DNA of 44,421 nt. It comes from a virus. Its lineage: Duplodnaviria > Caudoviricetes. Below, one piece after another: positions 36,676 through 44,421 of this stretch (position 1 is its first letter; the number at the start of each line of letters is the position of its first letter). A program made the position numbers and the translations under genes. A model generated the notes under the pieces. It was not told the DNA's origin. It searched no databases and saw only the letters and a program-made list of their open reading frames with translations. The stretch is taken from positions 1 to 44,421 of IMG/VR virus record IMGVR_UViG_3300037692_000159; one strand, 5' to 3'.

Positions 36676-36684
36676 ATGAGGACC

Positions 36685-38565
36685 CTATTCCAGATATGCC
36701 CGGTCGGTTTCCGCCGTCAGCATAACGACGATAGACTTGCTTTCTGTGATCGTGCCGGTCGCCACAACCGGCTTCGCGTATCCGGGGTTTCCCGCGATGA
36801 CCGTGACCGGTGCGTTCTGCCCCGCCGATGCCGCGCCTCGCTGGATGTTCCCGGTGAAGTCGTAGTCGAACGGGATGGACGCACCCGTGATGGTCCCGGT
36901 GATGTCCGCATCGTCCGCGTCGTCCACTGTGATCGCGTCCGCCGTTCCGTAGTCGTACCCTGCGTTGTCTCCCGCATCGTCGTTCGTGAAGTACATCCTG
37001 AAATATCCCGCGCCACCCGTAACGAGGTTCGCGGAGAAGTTCAGCGTACCTGCAGAAGCATACGGATACTCACGATCTCCCGTGATCCCGGTGTTATCGT
37101 AGAACACGATGCTGTTGATGTCCGCAGCTCGGACGCCTTGTACCAGAACACCCTCCCCGCCAGCGTTAGGATTCGTCGGGATGTAGAATCCGCACTTGAG
37201 AGAAGAACCGACGAAATTGAGCAGGAGCGATGCCGTCTTCCCGTTCACCGTTCCGGACACATTGTTGATGTTGCTGTTCTGCCGAAGCAGGTATTGGATC
37301 TTCGTGTAAATCTGTTGTAAGGAGGCGTTCGGGCTTACTGCCGGTGCCAGGGTGAACGAGAGGCCGCTGCCACTTGCGACGGTGCCTGTTACCGTGACAG
37401 TAGTTGCGTCGTTGTCCGTGATCGGGAACGACACCCCCTCATCCGTCCCTTCGTAGATCGTGAGCGTTCCGCCGATCCACGCATCCACCGTCAATCCGCC
37501 TGCGGCTGAAGTCAAAACAGAAGCCCCGCCGGGGGCCGACCCGTCGATCCCCGAGTGCGTACCGGCGTCGATGACGATACCGAACTCCCGGTTCGTGGCT
37601 GTGTCGATGTCCCGCGAAAACGCACTTGTAAAATACTTGACGTTGATGAGCGAATAGGCCGAATTGACCGTACCTCCTGAAGTATACGCCCCTGGATCGG
37701 AAGCGCTGAGCTTGAAGGAGTCGGTGTCAACCCATGTGATGACTCCGCGCTGGTTGTACCCCGCCGGAGACGCCCCGGTCACAACAGCGAAGTCCCCGAT
37801 AACCAGACCGTGCGCCGCCGCGAGGTTGTAGGTGATCTCGCCGCCTGCCCACGTAGCGGTGGATACGGACCCGGCGAGCGCGACAACCGCATCCGTCGCC
37901 TTGATATCCAGATCCGATCCGACCGAGATAGGGAGCGACACCTTGTACGCGCCCGTGCCGGACTCTCCGACATCCGTCAGTGAAGCGTCGTCGTACAGGT
38001 AATCCGGCTCGCGGCAGAACAGCCGGAAGAAGTCGTCTTCTGCGGGATCGACCGTACCGTCGTCGAAGATCAGAATGGCTTCGTTCGGAGCATCGTCGAA
38101 CGTGAAGTCCGTCGCCGCTCCCGTGGAGGTTCGCTGCCAGTAGAACTGCGCCCCCGTTGGGAATCCCGAAGCGAGGGCGACCATGCCGACGTACACCCTA
38201 TCGAGCGTCCCGTTGGCGAGGTATTCCGACCACCCGGCGTCTCTCACCATCTGCCGAGTTGCGTCATCCAGCAACACCCAACCGTTATACGTGCCCCCGG
38301 GATCCTGCCCAAAGATGTACTGGCCGGATCTGGCGTCAAGAACGTTCATCGGGAACGGGTACGGCTGATACGTTGCACTCGTCCACAGGTCTACGAGTTT
38401 CGCCCACAGGGCGTTTCCCGTCACCCCGTCCTTCGCCACGAGAACCCCATACGCGGCAAGCGCGATGGTCTTGTTCGTCGTGTTGAGCCAGATGTTCCCG
38501 TCTACCCCAAGGTTTCCTTCAGTAGAACTGACTACCAGATCATCTGGGTCGATAAGTTTTGCCAT
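36685..38565 (-). CDS. Large beta-rich putative virion fibre protein
   Basis: 626 aa, Gly/Thr/Asp/Ala rich; AGGAGG SD. Confidence 0.65.
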   Translation of the reverse strand: MAKLIDPDDLVVSSTEGNLGVDGNIWLNTTNKTIALAAYGVLVAKDGVTGNALWAKLVDLWTSATYQPYPFPMNVLDARSGQYIFGQDPGGTYNGWVLLDDATRQMVRDAGWSEYLANGTLDRVYVGMVALASGFPTGAQFYWQRTSTGAATDFTFDDAPNEAILIFDDGTVDPAEDDFFRLFCREPDYLYDDASLTDVGESGTGAYKVSLPISVGSDLDIKATDAVVALAGSVSTATWAGGEITYNLAAAHGLVIGDFAVVTGASPAGYNQRGVITWVDTDSFKLSASDPGAYTSGGTVNSAYSLINVKYFTSAFSRDIDTATNREFGIVIDAGTHSGIDGSAPGGASVLTSAAGGLTVDAWIGGTLTIYEGTDEGVSFPITDNDATTVTVTGTVASGSGLSFTLAPAVSPNASLQQIYTKIQYLLRQNSNINNVSGTVNGKTASLLLNFVGSSLKCGFYIPTNPNAGGEGVLVQGVRAADINSIVFYDNTGITGDREYPYASAGTLNFSANLVTGGAGYFRMYFTNDDAGDNAGYDYGTADAITVDDADDADITGTITGASIPFDYDFTGNIQRGAASAGQNAPVTVIAGNPGYAKPVVATGTITESKSIVVMLTAETDRAYLE

Positions 38566-38577
38566 TACACTTTCCTC

Positions 38578-40227
38578 CTATAAGAGATAATCACGGTCAA
38601 TTCTCTGCGAAACCGGAAGGGTCGAAGATGCTTCCGGGATAGCCACAGCTCTTAGATAAAGCGGAACGTACCCCGTCTTGAAAATCCCTATGTCGATGCT
38701 GTCCGCCGCTGAGTAGACGTACCCCCAACTGGTTCCGGAGTGTTCCTGCTCATCGTCCAGCACGTTCTCCGTACCCGCCTCGTAGACCACGATGTCCGAC
38801 CCGGTGACAAACCCGCTGATCGTCAGCGTATATGTCGCCTCGAAAGTAACCGTTGATCCGGTGTAGGTCGTTGGGTTCGCCGAATTGTTCTTGTTGACCG
38901 TGATCGACGACCCGCTGGTGTTGTTCACATCGTAGGTGTTTCCGCTGAAGATCAACTTGTCGTAGGAAAACGGGGAACCCGTGGCGCTCGCGTGGAGAAT
39001 GCCCGCGCCGGTCGTGTTCGAGATAAAGTCGCTGTTCTTTATGTCCATTCCGGTGCCCCATGCAAGGGCTCCGCTTGCGCTGGCCGTGCCTGAGAAGATG
39101 CAGTTCCTGATGACCGCCCCGGCGATATCCGTCACCTGTACGCATTGATCCACGGTGTTCCCGATGAACTCAAATGCAGGCGTCGGGCCGAAAGCGAACG
39201 TACCCGTGATCTTGCGGAAGGTGGACCCATACACCAGCAGAGCTTTTCCCGCCCCGGCATGACCATCATCAAGGTCAATGGTGACGGACTGCCCCGCCGA
39301 GGTGATGAGAACCCCATTCCGGCCTTTGGCCGTGTCTCCCGTGCCTACCTTTGTGCCCAGGGTCAAAGACGTTCCGTTCGTCGCGTTGCCGACCCGCTTG
39401 ATACCGTGGAACGTAGCGGATACGGCGTCCACCCAGGCCGAACTGCTGTTCATGTACTTCTTACTCTCAAACACCACTACGCTATCGTTATCCGTGAACG
39501 TACAGGCGGTCGCACCGGCATTGTCCCCGAGGGTAAGAAGACCCTGCGCGTAGATAACGCCGTTGTCAGACCGGACGTACCCGTACTTGTTGTTTACGTC
39601 TCCTTCGTCTGCCGCAAGGATGTCCTTGAACAACTGGCCCGAGGTGGATGTCCCGGTGACAGTCAGTCCGTACCCGTAGTCGATCCGGTCGATGATCGCG
39701 TTGTCGAACTTCGCCGCCGTATCGGTATCAAAGATGACCCCGAAGTACCGTACGGAGGTCAGGTCAAGTCCCGTACCGCCCGTCCCCGAGGCGGTCTTCG
39801 ACGGGTCGATCGTCAGACGCGTCCACCCGCCCGCGTAGGTGTCCTTCCCTCCGAAGTTCCAGTACGAATAGTTCGCCGTGGACGATCCAAGGCAGATGCA
39901 CAACCCGCCGCGATCCGCCCCGGACACGTAGGTCGACAACTGCATCAGACCCGCCGCGAGGAAGTTAGCCCAGATCGAGATATGCTTCCCGGCGTGAGTC
40001 GTTGAGAAGTTCAGGCCCGACCCGAGATCGAAGTACAACCACAACCGCGAGTTGGTAGACCGCGACGTTACCGCCTGCGTCCCCTGCAGGAACACGTCCG
40101 TGGAGGCGGAGATCGTCGGCAGACCGCCAGACCCGCGTATTCGCACCTGTCCCCACCCCGAAGGAGGAGAACCGGACTCCTGCGCCAGCGTGACGTTCGT
40201 GCCGTTCAGCGCTATGGTGGCCGCCAT
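38578..40227 (-). CDS. Putative adhesin/fibre protein with beta-helix-like region
   Basis: 549 aa; IRNCIFSG, IKNSDFISN, IFSGNTYD repeats. Confidence 0.62.
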   Translation of the reverse strand: MAATIALNGTNVTLAQESGSPPSGWGQVRIRGSGGLPTISASTDVFLQGTQAVTSRSTNSRLWLYFDLGSGLNFSTTHAGKHISIWANFLAAGLMQLSTYVSGADRGGLCICLGSSTANYSYWNFGGKDTYAGGWTRLTIDPSKTASGTGGTGLDLTSVRYFGVIFDTDTAAKFDNAIIDRIDYGYGLTVTGTSTSGQLFKDILAADEGDVNNKYGYVRSDNGVIYAQGLLTLGDNAGATACTFTDNDSVVVFESKKYMNSSSAWVDAVSATFHGIKRVGNATNGTSLTLGTKVGTGDTAKGRNGVLITSAGQSVTIDLDDGHAGAGKALLVYGSTFRKITGTFAFGPTPAFEFIGNTVDQCVQVTDIAGAVIRNCIFSGTASASGALAWGTGMDIKNSDFISNTTGAGILHASATGSPFSYDKLIFSGNTYDVNNTSGSSITVNKNNSANPTTYTGSTVTFEATYTLTISGFVTGSDIVVYEAGTENVLDDEQEHSGTSWGYVYSAADSIDIGIFKTGYVPLYLRAVAIPEASSTLPVSQRIDRDYLL

Positions 40228-40246
40228 CTATGCGGGCCTCATGACG

Positions 40247-40651
40247 CTATCCCGCCGGGAACGTGATGCGGAACGACGTGATCCTCACGTGACCGTTCTT
40301 CACGATGGACACCGAGTTGAGCTTGATGACCGCGGAAGACAGCATGTTCCCGACGTCGCAATCAAACACCGTGGAACCCACCGCTGATTTCACCCGCGCC
40401 CACGTTGCCGTCCCGGCGGCGGGAGCGGCGGTCTCCTCACCGATGCCCGTTATAGCGAGCACCCCCGGCTCACCCATCCCGACGACAGCCCCGGATAGGG
40501 AGAGGGTCGCCAGCAGAACCCCGGAAGGGGCCGTGTTTGCCGACGCGGGCTGAACTCCCGACCGCAGTTCGATGCTGCCACCAGAAAACAGCTCGAGGAA
40601 CCGATGCCGCAGTGAGTTCCTCGAAGAGTCGGGCATCCGTAGGACTCCCAT
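40247..40651 (-). CDS. Small virion fibre-subunit-like protein
   Basis: SGVQPASANTAPSGVLLATL...AGTATWARV...DCDVG; GAGGAGG SD. Confidence 0.6.
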   Translation of the reverse strand: MGVLRMPDSSRNSLRHRFLELFSGGSIELRSGVQPASANTAPSGVLLATLSLSGAVVGMGEPGVLAITGIGEETAAPAAGTATWARVKSAVGSTVFDCDVGNMLSSAVIKLNSVSIVKNGHVRITSFRITFPAG

Positions 40652-43003
40652 CTATTCCTCCTCGATCATGTCGCCGATGATATTTCCGTCGCTGTCCCGA
40701 CGCATCTTTATCTTCTTGTTTTGCGGCTTCGCAGCATCGACCCTGACGAAAACGTTGATATCCCCCCGACCCTTTTTCTCCGCGTGGACGTCTTCGGGAA
40801 TATCGCTGACGCTCTTTCCTGCTTTTTCGTACCCGAGCGCGCACCGGCAGTTGATCGTTTCCGCCGGATCGGACCCGTTCCCTGGTGCGTCCATCTCGTC
40901 GTCTCCGACCTGGAACATATCGCCGATCGGGATCCCGTCCGCGTATCGTGCGCCGGCGGCCACGTGCGTCGGCCGCACGGCCTCGTCGCCCGCGGTGATC
41001 CAGGTCTTCAAGACCTTATCCTCTATGCCCGCCTGGCGGATCGCCAGGATATCGGCCATGTTGTTCCCGGCCATGACTTCGGTGCGGGAGATGAGCGGGG
41101 CGCGATACGCTTCATAGGAGTCGAACTTTTCCCGCAGCGTGTCCGCGATCGCGGAGAGAGGCTTGCCCTCGGAGAACCCTTGGCGCAGGATCGCCCGAAT
41201 GTCTGCGAAGGTGGTCCCGGAGACCTCCTCGGAGAACAGATCCATCCGGGTCCCGAGCCACTTCATGACCTTCGGATCGTTGACGTCGAAGACAACGGCC
41301 ATGCCGAGCTCGCGCAGCACGCGGGCGCCGCCCTGCTCCACCATCGTCGTCATGGGAGGCATAAAGAGAAGCCGGAGCCGTGCGGCCTCTGCCTTCTTGT
41401 CGATGTTGATGTTGTCCCCCACGCCTTTCTTCGCGACGTGCTCCTGGACGGCCTTCCTCGACCAGCCGGCATATTGTGCCTCGGTCTGCGGGCCCAGCCG
41501 GTTCAGTCGCGCGATCACTTCGTCGCCCTGGGCGTGGAAGTACCCTTTCATTTGCCCGGACAGCATCCGCTCCCAAGGGGCGGTGCGGGCGATGAAGAGC
41601 TGCCAGCGCCGGTTGCGCCGGTCGGTGCGGGATGCCTTCTCCTCCGATGCTCCTTCCTTCGGCGGAGGCGGAGGCTCTGGAGGATCCTCTCCCCAAGGCA
41701 TCACCGAGAACGGGATGAACGGCTTGTCCCCCCACGGGACCGTAGGACGGCCCTTGCGCTTCAGGTACCCGTTGGCCGTGAGGGCGAAGTTGCGGAACTC
41801 CATCTCCGTCTCGAGGAGCTCGAACTCCCGGTTCCCGGTATCCGCGCGCTCGAATTCGCAGAACAGCCCCTTGTCATACCGCGGCATCAGGAACGTATTG
41901 ATCTGTTCCTCGATCAGCGTGGCCTTCGGGTTGATGCACTCCTTCTCGAACGTCTCGTCCAGGACCTCCATGTTCGCCCGGTTGGACGGGACCTCGAGGC
42001 CGAGCTTCGCCTCGGAGAGGTCGTAGGAGGTGATGAGCTTCTCGCGTGCGTATTTCGCCAAGCCTGTGACGTTCATATCCTTGTTGGACCAGCCCGCCTT
42101 ATCGGCTTTCAGGCCCGAGTGCGTGATGAGCGGCCGTCCGGACTGCGTCGCGGATCCCCACTGCTCGCGAATCTGTTCCTTGATCTCGTCCAGCTTGTCC
42201 TTGAGAAGCTGTTGCTCGGTGTGGAGGTGCATCCCAGGGATGCCCATGTTCTTCAGGAGCGCGCGCTGCTGCTGCATGAGGAACAGGTCGATGTCGTAGG
42301 GATAGGTCTGCGCCATGAGCGGGGAGAAGCCCTGCCAGGGGGAAGCGGGATGCGGATATTTCAGGGCGAGGATATTCTGAGGGGGGAAGTTCTTCTTCAC
42401 CTGTCCGTCTTGGTAGACCCAGGCCTCGATTCGCATATCCGCCTGGACCTTCGCGCGGATCTCCGCGGTACGGGTGAGCGGCAGCGGCCAGATCTCGCCC
42501 GGCAGCCCGAGCCCATTCGCTGGCAGATACCAAGCGCACAGCCCGCCGAGTTCCATGCGCATGACGGTCTCGTACCACAGGATCATCCGGGACATGATGT
42601 CGTTGGGCCGATGGATGAGATCGAGGAACGGATGTTCGAGGACTTCCCGCTTCTCGACCCCCATCTCCTTGAGCGCGTACGCTTGCTCCGCAGCCGTTCC
42701 GAGTGATTTGATCTGCAGATAGATCGCCATCGGATCAAGGATCTTCGTCCCGTCCTTCCGGCGCAGCGTGAACAGCCGCATGGGCCTCGTGGAGAGCGTC
42801 TTTCCGATCTTGTCGATCGCCGTGTAGATCCAGGACTTGTAGGCGTCGACCAGCTGCGCGTAGGTCTTTTCCGGGGCGATTCCGGCCCCAGCGCCGGTGA
42901 TGACGGCGGACAGGAGTTGCGAGATTTCCGAATTTTGCGCGGCCGCCTTCTCGCGGAGCCCCGCCTCGACTCCGGCGAACAGGTCCATCTCTTCTGTCGG
43001 CAT
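40652..43003 (-). CDS. Portal protein fused to gpF/SPP1 gp7-like head morphogenesis domain
   Basis: HPFLDLIHRPN, GFSPL portal motifs; Pro-rich linker; ISRTE, KTWITAGDEAVRPTH, INCRC. Confidence 0.88.
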   Translation of the reverse strand: MPTEEMDLFAGVEAGLREKAAAQNSEISQLLSAVITGAGAGIAPEKTYAQLVDAYKSWIYTAIDKIGKTLSTRPMRLFTLRRKDGTKILDPMAIYLQIKSLGTAAEQAYALKEMGVEKREVLEHPFLDLIHRPNDIMSRMILWYETVMRMELGGLCAWYLPANGLGLPGEIWPLPLTRTAEIRAKVQADMRIEAWVYQDGQVKKNFPPQNILALKYPHPASPWQGFSPLMAQTYPYDIDLFLMQQQRALLKNMGIPGMHLHTEQQLLKDKLDEIKEQIREQWGSATQSGRPLITHSGLKADKAGWSNKDMNVTGLAKYAREKLITSYDLSEAKLGLEVPSNRANMEVLDETFEKECINPKATLIEEQINTFLMPRYDKGLFCEFERADTGNREFELLETEMEFRNFALTANGYLKRKGRPTVPWGDKPFIPFSVMPWGEDPPEPPPPPKEGASEEKASRTDRRNRRWQLFIARTAPWERMLSGQMKGYFHAQGDEVIARLNRLGPQTEAQYAGWSRKAVQEHVAKKGVGDNINIDKKAEAARLRLLFMPPMTTMVEQGGARVLRELGMAVVFDVNDPKVMKWLGTRMDLFSEEVSGTTFADIRAILRQGFSEGKPLSAIADTLREKFDSYEAYRAPLISRTEVMAGNNMADILAIRQAGIEDKVLKTWITAGDEAVRPTHVAAGARYADGIPIGDMFQVGDDEMDAPGNGSDPAETINCRCALGYEKAGKSVSDIPEDVHAEKKGRGDINVFVRVDAAKPQNKKIKMRRDSDGNIIGDMIEEE

Positions 43004-43017
43004 GCCTCCTCCGTCTC

Positions 43018-44421
43018 TTACGCGAAAGCGAAGCCGGGCATCGCCCGGTTGCTCAACCAATGGACAGCCTGTGTGCATGCATCGACCTGATCGTCATTCG
43101 CCCCGCGGGGGAACGAGGTGCACTCGCCAACGAACTCCTCGACCCACGATGCGATCGATGGATCCGGAAGGTACAGGTTACCGGCTTCCTGCTGAGGCTG
43201 GATCGCGAAGGCCCGGGCTTCCTTGCCGCCTTCCGGTTCGATGGCGATGATCCCAGGGATCTCTTTCGTCAGCGTTTCGATGACGGCCGGCCCGTTCGCC
43301 TTGTCCTCAACGAGGACCGCGGTCGCCTTCGGATACGTGCCCTTCAGGTTCCGCACGGCTTGGCATGATGCGGCAAACCCCATGCGCTCCCGTATCATGA
43401 CCGGGAGGAGGTACTTGTCTGCGCCCTTGCGGCCCCAGCCCTGCCCGACGACGTAATCGCTGTCGGTCATCTTCTTGAACGTCATATCGAACGAGAGGAT
43501 AATCTCGTCGAACTTCTCGGGGAGCGCCTTGTAGTATTTCCAGCACTCCCGCTTGAGGATCCCACCGCCGGCCGGCGAAGGAGTCTGCTGCAGTTGCCCC
43601 GCGGCGCCGTAGGAACCAAGTCGCGTCTTCAGTTCCTTCAGGGATACCGCGTCGAACCGCTCCGGCCAGAGAAGTTCGCCGGCTTCTTTCCGTGGATCGT
43701 AAGCCCCGAGAGATGTCGACCGCCGCTTCCCGTCGAACTCCATGGGGAGGCAGATGTGTTCCCACTTCACGTCCTGGGATAGCAGGTGCCCGGTGGCGTC
43801 CCGCTCATGGCCTCGCTGCTGTACCACGACTTGGCGACCCGTTTTCGGGTCGTTCATCCGGGTGCTCCATACCTCGTCCAGCCAGCGATTCACCCCCTCG
43901 CGAACCGGATCCGAATGGATCTCGTCGAGGTTGTTCGGATCGTCGGCAACAAGGATGTCGGCACCTTCCCCAACGACCGACCCGCCGACGGATGTAGCAA
44001 GACGATAGCCGGCCTTGTCGTTCTCATACCGGGTTTTTACGTTCTGGTCGCCCGTCAGCCGGTAGACATTGCCCCACCTTTCCTGGTACCAGCGGCTCTC
44101 GATGATGCGCCGGCAGCGGAGCGAGTCGCGCGTCGACAGCCCCGAGGAATAGGAGGAGAACATCCATCGGGTCGTGGGGCGTGTCGCCCACTCCCAGGTT
44201 GGCCAGAAAACGGAGATCAGCCCGGACTTCATGGTCCGCGGCGGTTCGTTTACGAGGAGCCTGGTTATCTGCCCCGCGCTTACCGCTTCGAGATGCTCGC
44301 AGAGGGATTCGATGTGCCAGCCCGGGACGAACGGCGCCAGCGGCTCGATGATGTGCCACGCCTGCTTAATGAACTCGTGGAGGCTCTTCTCCGCGATCAG
44401 CTTGTCGATCAGGTCCAGCGG
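43018..44421 (-). CDS. terL: Terminase large subunit (5'-truncated by the window)
   Basis: Frame open to the window edge; VNEPPRTMKS, LVADDP, QQRGHERD, SFDMTFK..SDY, VEDKANG, NDDQVDA. Confidence 0.93.
   Translation of the reverse strand, partial: PLDLIDKLIAEKSLHEFIKQAWHIIEPLAPFVPGWHIESLCEHLEAVSAGQITRLLVNEPPRTMKSGLISVFWPTWEWATRPTTRWMFSSYSSGLSTRDSLRCRRIIESRWYQERWGNVYRLTGDQNVKTRYENDKAGYRLATSVGGSVVGEGADILVADDPNNLDEIHSDPVREGVNRWLDEVWSTRMNDPKTGRQVVVQQRGHERDATGHLLSQDVKWEHICLPMEFDGKRRSTSLGAYDPRKEAGELLWPERFDAVSLKELKTRLGSYGAAGQLQQTPSPAGGGILKRECWKYYKALPEKFDEIILSFDMTFKKMTDSDYVVGQGWGRKGADKYLLPVMIRERMGFAASCQAVRNLKGTYPKATAVLVEDKANGPAVIETLTKEIPGIIAIEPEGGKEARAFAIQPQQEAGNLYLPDPSIASWVEEFVGECTSFPRGANDDQVDACTQAVHWLSNRAMPGFAFA

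Larger units (their letters stand above)
1..44421. mobile_element. Temperate tailed phage genome segment, probably the excised/attP-intact form; both ends truncated
   Basis: Integrase, terminase, portal, protease, HK97-type capsid, tail tube, chaperone, tape measure and amidase in canonical order; no host housekeeping genes; integrase abuts the end of the late arm rather than host DNA. Confidence 0.95.

Noticed and set aside
11233-40654. Genome-wide TAG recoding, suggested by in-frame TAG junctions at 40652, 38578, 36685, 26996 and 11243
   Set aside because: About a third of TAG junctions are in frame, as expected by chance; most downstream genes have their own SD; terminase, portal, capsid and tape measure are uninterrupted
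40721-42706. Long antisense ORFs (661 aa here; also 17765-18949, 18974-20404, 33294-34334, 554-1591)
   Set aside because: Shadow frames of high-GC genes with no recognisable motifs

Overview
The whole window reads as part of a temperate, tailed dsDNA phage with a siphovirus-like gene set, roughly 60-65% GC by eye and probably with a diderm host. No host genes are present. Two arms converge. The + strand early arm (1-6094) carries recombination/ATPase, MazG-like, zinc-finger and Gp37Gp68 genes and ends in a tyrosine integrase followed by a candidate intact attP (four TGTCCGTG repeats). The - strand late arm (44421 to 6197) runs: terminase large subunit (cut by the window edge), portal fused to a gpF-like domain, a five-gene fibre-like insert, HK97-type protease and capsid, a four-enzyme sugar-modification cassette, connector and tail genes with a -1 frameshift chaperone, tape measure, tail-tip proteins, a second fibre module, amidase, three exported FN3-like proteins and a holin/spanin-like cluster. 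Most notable: (1) a glycosylation cassette translationally coupled between capsid and connector genes, with capsid and tail tube both ending in Ser; (2) a Dit-like paralogue split by an in-frame TGA; (3) three exported, apparently circularly permuted FN3-like proteins; (4) two fibre modules with ~20-aa repeat 'ruler' proteins; (5) five related terminator-like hairpins directly upstream of key late genes. All calls come from reading motifs and synteny by eye; no database searches were run.
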